Counted from the whole stretch's first letter, positions 1-12,620 are shown. The stretch is 63,317 bases of DNA, filler included, from Hyphochytrium catenoides (GCA_900088475.1; 8 parts of 8 records of this genome joined end to end with filler, not necessarily neighbours in it); one strand, 5' to 3'. Notes: a model not told the origin generated them from the sequence alone. A program made the numbers and translations.

Positions 1-1832
1 AAGGGTAATTCCTGGAGCCTTCAATCCTGGAGACAATGCCCCATCAAACAACAGCCAGAATGGCCGGACGAAGAGCACTTGGAAAGAGCTCTTGATTCAG
101 GTGAGTAGCATCAGGTGTCCTCATGCGTTAGTGGTGTCTAATATCATCGTACTCTCTAGTCCGTCAGCTGCCTCCGCTCATAAGCCCGCAAGAGGTCAGC
201 GGTTTGCGTCAGCAATTGGCAGAGGTTGCCGAGGGAAAGCGCTTCTTGCTGCAAGGTGGAGACTGCGCAGAGCGCTTTATGGATTGCAGTCCCGACCAAA
301 TTGAGAAGAAGCTAAGAATAATGCTTCAAATGAGCCTTGTCCTCACTTGGGCAGCAAGAATGCCGTGTGTAAGGGTTGCTAGAATGGCTGGTCAGTACTC
401 AAAGCCTCGGTCCAATAATACGGAAGTAGTTGATGGAGGTAAGTCTAGCCCTTCCAAGCTTTCCTTTCGTGCCGTTTGCTCAAGGTCTCCAACTTGTTGT
501 TGCAGTGGAGGTCCCGGTCTTCCGCGGAGAAAATGTCAATGGCTTTGAACTCGATCAGCGTACTCCGGATCCGGAAAGGCTCGTCAAGGGCTATTTCCAT
601 GCCGCAGGTTCAAATATCGTTGCCTCGGTAGTTACGCAGTTGTTGACCAAAACGCCTTCTTGTCTTTAACTATCAGCGACTTTGAACTTCGCACGGACTA
701 TTCTGAAAGATGGCTTTGGAGATATTCATCGATCAAATACTTGGGACCTGGGCTTCGTACAATCTTCCAAGTACAAGAGCCAATATCAGGATATGATCCG
801 CCAGATCCACGATTGTCTGCACTTCGTCCACACCTGCGGCGTTGGGTACGACAATAACCTCGCCACCGTTGACCTCTTCGTGTCTCACGAGGTAAGCACT
901 TTGTTTTACTGCATTGGGTCTACACCTCATAAAGGCACTGGTAGGCGCTTATCCTGGCTTATGAGGAGGCTATGACACGGGAAGTAGATGGCAAGTACTT
1001 TAACCTTAGCGCCCCGTTTGTTTGGATAGGCGACCGAACGCGCCAACTTGACCACGCGCATGTGGAATACTTTAGAGGCATTGAGAACCCTATAGGTATT
1101 AAGGTATGTCGAGGTTTAACTTGAACTCTCCTTCCTCCAAGTTCCTCTTCTGACTATGCACATTTGCTAGATTGGCCCTTCTATAAGCCCGAACGACCTG
1201 GTGGTCCTTATTAGACGCCTTTGGGTCGACCCTGACAATAATCCTGGCAAGATCACTCTTATAACTAGATATGGAGCAGGAAAGGTTAGTGATATACATG
1301 GCAAGCGAATAGTGTCGTTAAAAATCACAATTGTGGCAACCGCAAAGAGACTGAGGCTCTTGCTTCGAAGGTGGCAGATTTCTTGCCTAGCCACATTGCT
1401 GCAGTCAAGGCTGCGGGCCTTAAGGTAGTTTGGTGCTGTGATCCTTGCCATGGCAACACGTTTACGACTTCCACGGGTTTCAAGTCCAGGGATTTTGAGC
1501 AGGTACGCTAAGTCACCTTCATTTAGAGGAGTGTGTCCGTTAAACAAAGACTTCTTACCTTCCAGGTGCTGAAGGAGCTACGGTTGACGTTTGAGATTCA
1601 TCAGCAAGTTGGCAGTCGGTTGGGAGGAGTGCACTTTGAGCTTACTGGAGAGAATGTGACAGAGTGCACAGGGGGCCCTGAAAACCTGACAGCAGCAGAC
1701 CTCCAGAGGTGTTACCAGACCTACTGTGACCCCCGACTGAACTATGCACAAAGTATGGAAGTAGCATTTCTGCTTGCAAATCTACTTCACGATAAGGATG
1801 GCAATCCTCACAAGCGGCCGAGAAATAACTAA
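1..1832 (+). CDS. Class II DAHP synthase (phospho-2-dehydro-3-deoxyheptonate aldolase), 5'-partial, ~8 exons
   Basis: Splicing 7 short GT-AG introns gives the class II motifs [76 protein letters not shown] and [10 protein letters not shown]. Stop is TAA at 1830-1832. Confidence 0.96.
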
Positions 1833-2318
1833 ATAATGAGGCGCCAGTGATAATTGATAGCTTAGTTGTATACAATAGAGTCGCTGTTGCCCTTCCGTGG
1901 GCTGCCATTTTCAACTCTGCTGGTATGGTTCATCACCTCCCCCAATATCCACCCACTGATGGTTCCGTCGCTGCAGCCATCATTTCCGACATTCTCAGCG
2001 GACTTAAGGCCTCTGTCCTACATACACCTCTTTTTCAGCAACACGAAGGGGTTATTGGAACGTTATTGAGTACTCAGCTTTGTCCTGTCGCAGACACAAA
2101 GCGGAGGCAGCTTGCAAGGATCTGCCACGTCAACTCAGCAAGAAGAGCTCCATGTGTCCACTCTGTTGACGATACAATGCCTTGTTGCATGCGGCGTACG
2201 CAGGTACCTTATGCCCGCTGAGAGTTCAAGGCTCATCATGGGATCGCAATAAGGGGACCTTATGATGGACCATGATGGATACTTGTGAGACGCCTTTAAA
2301 GCCGCTAGGTGATGGATA

Positions 2319-4170
2319 ATGAATTATGCTAAAGCTAGTAGTCTATCAGAGACCGAGGTTGGTTCTTGCTTTGATGATGATAAATTGGTACAGATATTAG
2401 TGAACTATTTACAAGAGCTGGTAGTGAAACCCAAAGGAAGCGCAACTTGCAGAAGCAAACACCTTCCATCATGCAGCGGATGGTCACGCACGTTTGGCGT
2501 GCAAGTTGGCGCAGGTGAGGGTACTCCAGGGGTACTCCGGCTTTGAAAACTTTCAATGGAGCGACGGGACACAGTGCGCCGTCAAGCACCTAGCTACACG
2601 AGAGGGGAGCAACTGTAGACTGGTGGTGTCGGGGGATACGGTTATGCCCTTCTCTTATTCAGTTGCATGTGCAGCCTCAAAGGGCACTAGCGGTGACCAA
2701 TAAACGGCAGCGACAAGGCATCTCAGTTGATAATAGAGGCTAGTACACACGAACAAGTGAATGGTAATGCCGGTGTCCATCTGAAGATCGACTTGCAGTG
2801 TCACCTTACGAAGGCATAACCATCATCCCGCAGCTTATGTTAGGCGGCTGGCGGGAGGTGCCGTTTGTTCGTTTTCCAGAAAGGCTTGTGAGAAGATGAA
2901 AGAACACTGCCGATGGTTGCGTCATTACAAGCCCTGAATAGGTGGTGGAGTTATCGATGAGTGCCATACCTGAACCGGCAACCTAGAGGAGGGAAGTTTA
3001 TGCAGGTCCCCATTCTCTTAAAGGAGGAGTGGGCTTCAAGTACGCTTCAATCGGCTGGATAACGTCAAAGATTCCTTCGCATACTGGGCATCATCAGATA
3101 CCTCTTGCAGAGAGCCCTATCACTTGCTGCAATTATCGACTCCACTCGGAAACGCAGTGGACTCACTTCACGGGAGTCCGATGAGGGAGACAGATGTCTT
3201 ATCTTCTCTCCGTGATTAAAGTGGAGTGTGCTAGATACCCTCTTCAACTCCCTTCATCGCGTGGGCAGAGCCATAGCAAAGACGAGAAGGTATGATTGTC
3301 TGAATTGCAAGTTGCTTGGAAATTATGGGAGTTGCTCTGACGCTCATTTTTGATGGCAGTTGCGCAAGTCTGGAGGAGTGATGCCGGACAGGAGGCGAGC
3401 TAGACGATTCCATAATAAGAAACAAGAGGAACGTCACCCTGTTGCCAGGTTACCTATGAGAAAGAAGTTGAAATGTTGGCATCTACTTCTAGTTTGGTGT
3501 TTGAAGGCAACGGCTCCGATGGTGAGGCCGTAAATAATGTCTGGAAGTGTCACCACAGGAATGTACCAGGTCGGGTGCGTGAGGTGAAGGAAGCAGGTGG
3601 CATTTCCTACTGCTCTTCCCAGCATGGGACGAGCTTTGGTCTACCATGCAGGGATATGTTTGCCAGTATGATGGAATCGCATTGACAACCTCACCATTGT
3701 TCCTCTGGAGAATGTCCACAAGAGGTGGATCGTAGGTTCTGTGGCAAGTGAAGAAGCGGGAGTTAAAACGATAAATTCAGAGGTTAACCCTGCTAGCCAA
3801 TCAGCCGGCACACTTGCGTCACGACAGTCTTCTTCTCGAGCGTACTATGCAAGCAACATGGCAGAATTTTCTAAGTACCTAGCGTTATCAGCCGTCTCCG
3901 CTGTTAGCGCGGTGCACTGAAGAAGACGATGTGGGTTTTGAAGGATCAGTATCAAGCAGTGCATCCCTCAGCGGCTCCTAAGCGCGCGGTGGAAAACCTT
4001 AACATTCAGGCACGATCATCCAGAAAGCGTGACCGCCGAGCAATTAGCTTATTTGAGGAATATTGTGGACCTCGGAAGGCTGCGCGGCGTTCCATCACCT
4101 GCGGGAACTGTGGCGGTAAGGGTCACAAACGCAGAAAATGCAAAACAGTTCGAATAGACAACTACAACTA
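2319..4170 (+). mobile_element. Degenerate Mutator-like (MULE) transposase remnant
   Basis: Fragments in MULE order with many stops and frameshifts: FAR1/WRKY-like ...HNH (~2815), SWIM-like CSSQHGTSFGLPCRDMFA followed by PLENVHKRW (~3610-3730), and a C-terminal zinc knuckle CGNCGGKGHKRRKC (~4100-4141). Confidence 0.6.
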
Positions 4171-4499
4171 ATTCATTGAGGTTATTGATCCTTCAAATCC
4201 CACATCGTCTTCTCCAATGCACCTCGCATTTTTATGGACGGCCGTCGGATTCGTTTAGAGGCGCGCTGAGAATGAACGGCACCCTCATCACTAGTCCATG
4301 CTTTCGTTTTCTCTTTGCCTCTTGGTTGACGCTTGTGGTTAGCGCTGTCATCATCAGAGTCAGATAATTCAACAAGGCCCTTGAAGATTGAAGATGCAGA
4401 TTCCGATGGCCGATGCCTTCTGCCGCCTGATGAACTGATGAGGCTTCACCTTCTGTGTCGAGTGTCGAGCTAGGAATGGATCTCTCACCCCTGTATCAC

Positions 4500-5000
4500 A
4501 GTGTACAGCCACAAGCTTGTAGTGGGGGATGACTGTATTCAGAGGAGTTATCTTGTTTTGGGCCTGCTACTGTAAGCTTTAGACTCCTTTAGCCTGCTTC
4601 CTCTGGTCCATTCAATAGCTAACCTTATCATTTAGTACCTTCCTCTAGCCATCTGGCTATGTTAAAATAGCCTCTATGTAGCTTGCAGAAACACCTTCCG
4701 GACATAATATACGATACTACCTGTGCCCAGGCGTCCTGCTCACTGCCAATGCTTCTTGAGGGAATACAAAACTATTCCATTAGTGTGTCCGTGAAGGCCG
4801 ATCTTGGCCCACCCGCCTTCCATATTAATATCAAGACAAAAGTCATCCTACACCCTCATCTATATTGAATTCCAATAGAAACCTCGACCTTATTTTGAAT
4901 TGTTCTCACATAAACTCCGATTCTTCATTTACTCTCCAGGCCCGTTCATTTTCCAATTTCTGTACTCCTTGGTCGCAAGGTTGTCGCAATCCGCCGCAGT
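4500..5000 (-). mobile_element. Possible second degenerate MULE transposase fragment
   Basis: A stop-ridden minus-strand frame reads AFTD...AQVVSYIMSGRCFCKLHRGYFNI, which resembles the MULE D...CxxH...N segment. Weak match. Confidence 0.25.
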
Positions 5001-5187
5001 CGGCAATTGTCACTATTATTCCTGAATCTGGACTCAATTCTGCAGACCCATTGCGAACACCATTGCGTTCTGATCGGCATCTCTTCACACAATCCATCAA
5101 GGCAATTTTTGAAAATCGAAGCTCTTCAACGTGAAGCTTGACATTAGTGCATTACAGCTTTGGCCTCACTTTATTAGGGGAACAGGG

Positions 5188-6556
5188 ATGCAGGCAACAG
5201 GAGTCATGACCACGGGAGGCAAAGACCTCGAGCATAAGGCTCAATTTGAGTCGCAGGTGTTTGCGGCTGAGATTATGAAGTCTCAAAAGATCATCTCAGA
5301 TGAGAAGTACGATCTTTACCTGTCACTTCTTGATGACTCCAATCCACACAGATGGGAGGGGATGGACCGTGCAAGAATAGCCAAGCTTAAGCACTTGCTG
5401 AAAACTGAGTACACAAGGCGACTTTGCTCGTCTCCGGATGGCTCCCAACCGAAGTATGCCCTGTTCAGGCTTAGTTCCAACAAAAACGAACAGGGAGGTT
5501 CCATCGCGTTACGCGTTTGTCCACCACGTGACTGGTTTGACACAATAGACCAGATACATCGTGTTAAACTTGGGCACTCTGGGATAAATAAGGTTCATCA
5601 AGTGGTAAGAGCCTCCTTAAGGCATTTATCGCCGGAATGGTGCTGATCAATGCATATCTGCAGATTCACGGCAAGTATGCTAATATTCCGAAGAATGTGG
5701 TCGTTGCCTTCATTAAGAACTGTCCCTGCACGAAAAGAAAGCGAGAGTATGTAACCAATAGACGTGCGTATGTTGTAAGGGCGCAATGCTGATGACTCTA
5801 TCAATTTCTAGGGGAGGAGCGGCACCAACGCCAACTGCTCCTGCAGGAAGTCTATCTCCCACCAACAGCGCGACTGGCGAAGCCCCAATTGTGACCCGTC
5901 CTAAAAGGCGACGCCTCACCGACAACGGGGAGTTTACAGATGCAGAACTGGTTGCCTGTAAGTTTGTTGCTCGTAGGCACTTCTTGGGCAAATGTCCGTC
6001 CTAATCTGCGGGTTACCTGCAGCTGACTTGCCGGTTTCAAGTGGAGCTGGTCATTTACGCGTCTATGCAGCTCGACTCCGAGGTGGCCAAGAGCTCAAAG
6101 CCACCATTTTGAGCTATGTGCGGAAAACCCGACTGAAGGCTGCATTTATCCAGACGTGCTGCGGCAATTTGAAGACCGTGACCCTCAGAACTGCAAGCGG
6201 CGTACCTGGTGTCGAAGCAAACCTTGACAATACCGTTGTCATCAACGCTCCCCTTGAAATTGTGTCCTTGACGGGAACCCTAGGTCCTGGAGAAACACAT
6301 AATGTGCATATATCGGTAGCAGACTCCGAAGGGCGCGTTTTTGGAGGAAATCTCATTGAAGGCGTAGTACAGTCGACAGCAGAGGTGTGTACTTTCCTGT
6401 CCCAGTCTTCTTTCTGCGGTGGCTGACCGATTCCTTTATACACAGATCGTGTTAGGGGAAATTGAAAACCTCGTCTTTCTGAGGCACCCCGATAAGGAGA
6501 CTGGATTGAACGAGCTTCAGGTGCACCGAGTCCAGGAGCTTCTTTGGGACGATTGA
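5188..6556 (+). CDS. Integrase H2C2-like zinc-binding domain + PPC/DUF296 domain fusion protein, 5 exons
   Basis: Four GT-AG introns (~5604-5663, 5747-5811, 5958-6022, 6385-6445) splice in frame. The product reads IHRVKLGHSGINKVHQV|IHGKYANIPKNVVVAFIKNCPCTKRKR, then NLS-like RPKRRR, then PPC RVYAARLRGGQEL..LEIVSLTGTLG..VHISVADSEGRVFGG..AE|IVLGEIENLVFLRHPDKETGLNEL. Stop is TGA at 6554-6556. Confidence 0.85.
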
Positions 6557-6676
6557 GTGGCTCCTCCCTGTGCCATTTAGCTCTAGACCATTCAGAAGAT
6601 TGGGGTGAAGACTTTTTATTACATCCTTTGTACATTTACTTGGCGGCTACTTGGCTAGTTCGTGTAGACATTGTCG

Positions 6677-7641
6677 TTACTGATTATTTCCAAGTTGTCT
6701 CTTAATCTTAAGGTCGTGCTCCCGCATCTCTGCAATAAATGCATATCAGGCAATCAATAACAGCATATCATCAAGTCTGCTTTGGCTTCTACTCACCTCT
6801 CTTGCGAATCTCATCCCGCTTGTATTCGCGAATAATGTATAAAATGAGCTCCACAAGCATAATGCCGACTCCACCCGCTAGGGAAAATAGCAACCTCTGC
6901 ACGATCGGCTCAGACGATGAAGCTTTAACGAAAATGGAGTATATCTGTCTAGAGATCTTACATGAGATTCTTCCTGGAAGAGGTTTCTGGATATATAGTA
7001 GCAGAATATCAGGCCTGTCAGACGAGCCATAAACATGTTGGCGCCTACTGAGCCTTGCTGGATCACCGACTTGAAGTCACGCTGGGACCACAGGGGATAA
7101 GTTACCAATAAGAAGGCGAGGGCTTATAATGAAGTGTATTGAACACCTTATCTTGGGCTCTTCTTTCCCGCACAGTTATGTTCTTGGTTAAGGTCTGATA
7201 TTCCTTTTCTGCTTTAAGAAGCAGAAGGTATCGCCGACGTTCCTCAATCCCTTCATTTGTCTCCTGTCAACACCACATAACATAATAAGAGTGGGTAAGG
7301 ACTTTCGCTGGCTCCGAAAAATGACGTACCTGCGCTGCCTCACGTTCTGGCCCTACGGTGAAGCTTAACCTTGCTCCCTTTAACAGGCTGGGAAGATAGA
7401 CTTCTCCGTATTCAGTTCCCCCAGGTTGGCACCTGTAATGTTTAAGATACAACTGAAGAGCTCTAAGCGAAGATACTGACAAGCGAAGGCTCTGCTCCTT
7501 GGCATCCGTCTCTGGTTCGGCTTCTATCGTGCTCTTCTTGAGCTGTGAACGATCGTCATCGGCTAGTCCGTCCCACGATAAAGCCTCTCGCACGAGCTGC
7601 AGGAGGGCCGCATCCTTCCGTATCTTGACAAAAAGGGCCAT
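6677..7641 (-). CDS. TMEM199: V-ATPase assembly factor VMA12/TMEM199-like, ~5 exons
   Basis: Spliced product has YLPSLLKGARL, ERRRYL..EKEYQTLTKN, two C-terminal TM helices (VGANMFMARLTGLIFCYYI and LLFSLAGGVGIMLVELILYIIR) and a basic tail. Confidence 0.8.
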
Positions 7642-7932
7642 TCTCCTTGAGTCACTCAGGTCGTCCGTCAGCCCGCGCGCATTGATCCCAGAAAGGCTAG
7701 CCGCTCTTCCTCTAGATCCCTCGTGTGGGTCGCTAGGGTAGACTTCTTATTGAGCTGCAGTCGTCCCACTCTGAACAGGTACACGAGCTTGCGAAGCCAG
7801 CAAAAGATACGCTGACATAAGAAGTCGTAAGGCCAAGTGCTCAGCGTTCTCAACAGCATCTTGGATGTGATGAGTGGAAGCTTTAGATATGCATAGCGGG
7901 TAACCCAGATCCGCTACCTAGAACTACTATCT

Positions 7933-7946
7933 GTAACCCGGGTAAC
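7933..7946. promoter_or_regulatory. X-box-like motif in the divergent VMA12/RSP3 intergenic region
   Basis: GTAACC-CG-GGTAAC fits the consensus GTNRCC-N0-3-RGYAAC, ~470 bp upstream of the RSP3 ATG. Confidence 0.25.
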
Positions 7947-8412
7947 GTGGTCGTTACACAATCCTTTAAAAGCCAGCTTTTAATCACCCATTTATTCGGA
8001 TGTGACCACCGACCTTGCAATAACTAACTGGCCCTAGACTCTAGGACCAGTCCTTACGGCCTTTACGGTGATTCAAGACCTTTTAGACAGCGGTTTTTCC
8101 CTTCAGGGAGGCAAGAGAGCAAGAGAAATAGAGAGATTCAGAGCTCCTGAGGAACTTCGGCTGGCGCGGATGGAGCTTGTCTTGAGCCCTAGCTGTCCAC
8201 TTGGAAGAGACAAAGTGATCTTGGTGAACGGACCTGGGGATTGCCGGTAATGAAAGAAGTTGCAGTCGGTGCATGATGGCCACATAGCTTCGGTGTGATC
8301 CTCTGATCTTCAGCCCCAAGGGTCACACAAGCGACACTGCCAACCCTACGTACCTTACGGCCCAGCCAACCAAGACTCTCTCGACGTCATTGGTATAACC
8401 TTTCTTGAAAAC

Positions 8413-9671
8413 ATGTCGCAGCAGCGTTTCGTTCATGCTAGCGGGCCGCGCCCAATTTTCAACAAGAGACAGCAGCAAAGCAAGTATCGGCCTCCGCAGG
8501 ATGAGTAAGACTGATCTCGATTTCGCACCTAGAGACGTAGTGAACCCAAACTAAAAGATCCTCCTACTTCAGGGAGTTGCCAGAGCCACCACAAAATATT
8601 ATGCACGACAAGAGAGTTATCCGGGGAAACACGTACTCCAAGCACACTTATGAGGCGGTAAGGAATAGCTTGCACAAGTTTATGGTGTATTCTGAGACCG
8701 TATCTTAGGCCATGCGGGCAGAAGAAGAACGCCTATCTAGAGAACAGAAGGAAAGAGCTCGACAACAGACAAAGCAGCCTACTGTCTTTCCTCAGCGTGC
8801 CGGCACACCACCACCTGTTAGTGGTCGCAAGCATATCGACATACAAACCGAAACGTTTCTGGAAGAGCTTAGTGATGTTGCTCCGGAGAAGGAGGCCGAC
8901 ACGCAAACCGACCCTATGATGGACCAGCCCATGGCACCCCTATTCATGCCTAAGAAGTCGGGCGTTGATTCCTCCACGCAAATAGAAGACAATGATCTAT
9001 TTGACTTCGATCTGGAGGTGCAGCCTATTCTGGAGGTCCTTGTAGGAAAGACATTGGAAATGAGCATGATGGAGGTTATGGAAGAGGAAGAACTAGCCAA
9101 CATCAGATCCCACCAAGATGAATTTGAGCAGATCCGAAACGTGGAACTTGCTGAGGTGCAGAGATTAGAAGCTGAGGCGAAGCGAAGGCTGCAAGAGAAG
9201 GTAAATATATGGGACAGGTGTTCTGCCTTGTCCCCTCTCTAAACGATGACATTGACGATTGTGTCCTCTTGTTTCATGTAGACACGAAGGACGAAGGAGG
9301 AGCAAATCAGAAGACAGGCAAGAATGGAACTGGAGAAGAAGATAGCAGCCCGAGCTTTCAGTCAGTCATATCTCAGGGACATCAAGATGGACGTGTTTGG
9401 TCGACTATTAGAGCAGGGACATCTCTACGATCCCCTTAGAAAGGAGATTAGCACCATTTTTGTGCCATGGCTGTTGGACCAAGTGGTAGAGGGCCTGGCG
9501 CCAGTGGCAGCCTCTCATGCCGCTTTGGACGAGCTTATTAGAGCTTCCTTAGCACCTCCACTTGTTAGACTGACGAGCTCAAAAGACGCTCCACAGGAAC
9601 AGGAGCCCACGCCCTCTTCTTCCCAAGAACCCCGTCCGGAGAGCGTTGCTGAACCGGTCCCAGGAAGCTAA
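8413..9671 (+). CDS. RSPH3: Flagellar radial spoke protein 3, 4 exons
   Basis: NIMHDKRVIRGNTY, TPPPVSGRKHIDIQTETFLEEL and PKKSGVDSSTQIEDNDLFDFDLEVQPILEVLVGKTLEMSMMEVMEEEELANIR are RSP3 signatures. Confidence 0.96.
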
Positions 9672-10147
9672 GGCATTATTGGCCCCTTTTTCCCTCTTTC
9701 TCTTTGATTCCTGAAAAGTAGGCTGCGGAACGTTTGAGCTATCGCTGCCGTGTCCAGGGTCAGCTAAATCTAGTCTTCTTTCTCTCCTTTATCAACTGGA
9801 CCCTGCCAATACGGACGGCGATTGGAAGTAGGGCGATAAGAGATTGAAAGCCATCCTCCATCTGAATGTGATATTGATATTGACAAGTGGGGCCGCATTA
9901 AGATAATAAATGGCGGCAGCGGCATATAGGACAATATGAGCATACAAGGGCTGTGTAAAGTAATACAGAGATGGGAGGTGAACCATCCCAGACTCTTTCT
10001 GCCCTTCACTCTTGCTAATATCTCTGTTCCCGACTGGTTGCAATTATATATGCAGACTTACTCTCTCGTCTGGACGCGCTTCTGAACACTTTCCACGAAT
10101 TGGCCTACATTTACACCTTTTTCCACCTATGTTTGGCACCACTAAAG

Positions 10148-11717
10148 TCAGATGCAGGCCCAAACCCAATGGACTTGTACAGCAGGAAGAACAATCAGAA
10201 GCACTCGACAGAATCTGGGGTGATCCCACAACCAGAGAAGGCCGGCTGAGAGGTGGTGTCCTAAGAGACTTTGGGCCGAATAACTTACCCTAACAAGATA
10301 AGTAGCTATCACCGGTTCGCCGTCACTTTCCGAGGCTTCAATGCAGCTAATCCTACAAGCTCGCTCTCCTTGAACGCTGATGTTGACGTGTGGTCCGAGC
10401 CCAACGTTTAGTATAAGCTTTGTTCCATGTCCTCCAGGATGTGTCTCTCGCCTCATAACAATGCGAGGAATCAATTTTTCACTGGCACTTGGGGCGGGCT
10501 CCAGTAACCGAAGAGGGCCAATCCCTTTTTCAACCCATTGCTGGCCTTCTCCGAGCTTGAATAGTTTGGCTCGGAACTGGGTGAAAGGAGCCATCAAAGT
10601 CAAAATGAAAGTGCGCAATCCTGCTGAGAGTGGATCCTTACCTGCATAACCATTTTCTCTCCCTCCTCTCCATTCGACACTTCATTTGGGCCTTCAACTG
10701 CATGCGAATAGAGACTTAGATGGGATAAGACTAGAGACTAGGAGAAGGCAATAGAGAGAAGGTACCCCACTATTAGTATCGAAGAGACTGTGGGAGATAG
10801 TTGGGACAGGATCAAAGGCTGCTAAACCCACCGCTTATGTTATCATCCTCAAGAGTGTTCTCGCCTGCGCCGTCATCCTCCTCCGCTTCCTGCTGTGTAG
10901 CCTCGCTATCCATCTGTGAGACCGCCCATTGACTATCACTCTCTACCGTTTGGCTCTGTCCATCGAGACTCATTTCCTGATTCTGACTACCAAAACCACT
11001 GCCCTGGCTCTGTGTCCCAAAGCCTGTGCTCTGACTCTGGGAGTAAGACGAAGCGAGCAAGGCGAAAGGACTCTGGGATGCTGAAGACGCAGCTGAAAAA
11101 GAGCCAAACCCAGAAACTTTAGGAGGGGCGCTGCCAGCTGAGCCAAAGCCAGTTCCAGAACTGGGCGGCTGGATAGTACCAAACCCGGACGAACCATTCC
11201 CTGCTCCAAATGAGCCAAAGCCTGATGCTTTTCCAGAAGCTTGATTCTTAGCAGCGAGAGCGGCAAATGGGGATTGCTTTTCAGCAAAAGAGCCAAAGAT
11301 AGAGCCACCATGTGTAGGTGGGCCCTTTCTTTCTTTTTTGTCGTCTGCCTCACCGCCTTTTGTCTCTCCTTTGTTGACACCACCCACCGTCTCTTGTGCT
11401 GCTACGCTAACCTCCCTTGCATCTTCGTCCACTGGTTCCTCCACAGTATTGGGGTCGACCTCTATATGTTCTGTGGACGATAGCCTCGGTTTCTTGACGG
11501 GCGATCCCTGTGGTGGACTTTCATAAGGCAAGGAGCTCCTCAAGTTCCGGGAGACCAAACTTACCGGCTGACTAACTTCGCTTGTGCGCTTGGGCATAAC
11601 ATGGCCCGTCCTTGGACTTGTCGACATGGCACCTAGAAGTTTGCAGGACGATCCTCCAGCAGAGTGCTCCAATCTTCCTGTACCCCTGGAGAACTTCGTC
11701 TGTGTCGGGCTCGCCAA
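10148..11717 (-). CDS. Nup50/RanBP3-like protein (FG repeats + RanBP1 domain); 3' end uncertain
   Basis: NLS PVKKPRL, many SGFG/FGSF repeats, then the Ran-binding domain SNGEEGE..FRAKLFKL..WVEKGIGPLRLL..RIVMRRE..KLILN. Confidence 0.85.
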
Positions 11718-12050
11718 GTCGCGCTGCCGAACAACCCTCTGTTGGAAGAGCTCCTATCAGATCTCTCAGGGAAGACTGAGCACTCTAACTACTTGCAGTC
11801 CTATCAAGCGTGAGATGCATCCAGCTCTGCCGTGCTCTACACCCTGCTTGGCATTTTCTTTCTCGTGATGAGCCTTATCCTCTATAGACCCAGTGGGTCT
11901 TGACGATCTCTGGCTAGTGTTCAATGGATAAAATCTCCTACAATTCTTCATAGGTTTATTATTAGCTTGGACCTTCAGAAATCAACCACTACCAAAGCAC
12001 CACAAAACCATCTCATGAAGAGTCTGTCTGCGTAACTCTATCGCAACTAC

Positions 12051-12425
12051 TCATAGGGGAAAAACCTTCTCTGTCTCGATAGGTTCATCTCTCTGCTGTC
12101 GCTCTGTCTCACTCCTTCCCCTCATGTATCCAATCATAGAGGAAATGATAGCCCACACAGTACTCATCCAGAAGCCATAGCTTATGTTAGTGGGAATAGA
12201 CAATTCTGGCACCAAGAGAAGGAGGCTTGGCAAAAATGCAATAGCAAAATCTTCAGAACCGAGAAAATCGTCCAGAAACTCTATAAAGTCTCTTTTATAA
12301 TTCATTTTCTGAGAATAATGAAGATTCCAAGGAAGATCAGTGATCAGCAATAATTTGATGGCTACAGTACACAGAGAGGAAGTGAGGCTGTGTGCTGCCC
12401 TTGTTGCCAGCGCGTACATTCTCAC
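12051..12425 (-). CDS. Hypothetical small membrane protein
   Basis: Open frame with two hydrophobic stretches. No recognised motif. Confidence 0.25.
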   Translation of the reverse strand: MRMYALATRAAHSLTSSLCTVAIKLLLITDLPWNLHYSQKMNYKRDFIEFLDDFLGSEDFAIAFLPSLLLLVPELSIPTNISYGFWMSTVWAIISSMIGYMRGRSETERQQRDEPIETEKVFPL

Positions 12426-12620
12426 TATGACTGTGGTGGTCTTTTTACAGCCACTTCAGTCCTTTGGTTTGTTTGCCCTGTCCTTTAGCGTAACACAGCC
12501 CAGTGACCTCAGGCTGAGATAGTTCGGTGTTGCCGTGTGGTTTGCCGTGTTGATGTGCGACTTATCGGATGATTATTATGTACATCAGCTCTGGTTGATT
12601 ATGCAAACCCCAGTGCTTAG

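Noticed and set aside
1445-1457. TTGCCATGGCAAC X-box-like palindrome
   Set aside because: It encodes the conserved CHGN motif of DAHP synthase.
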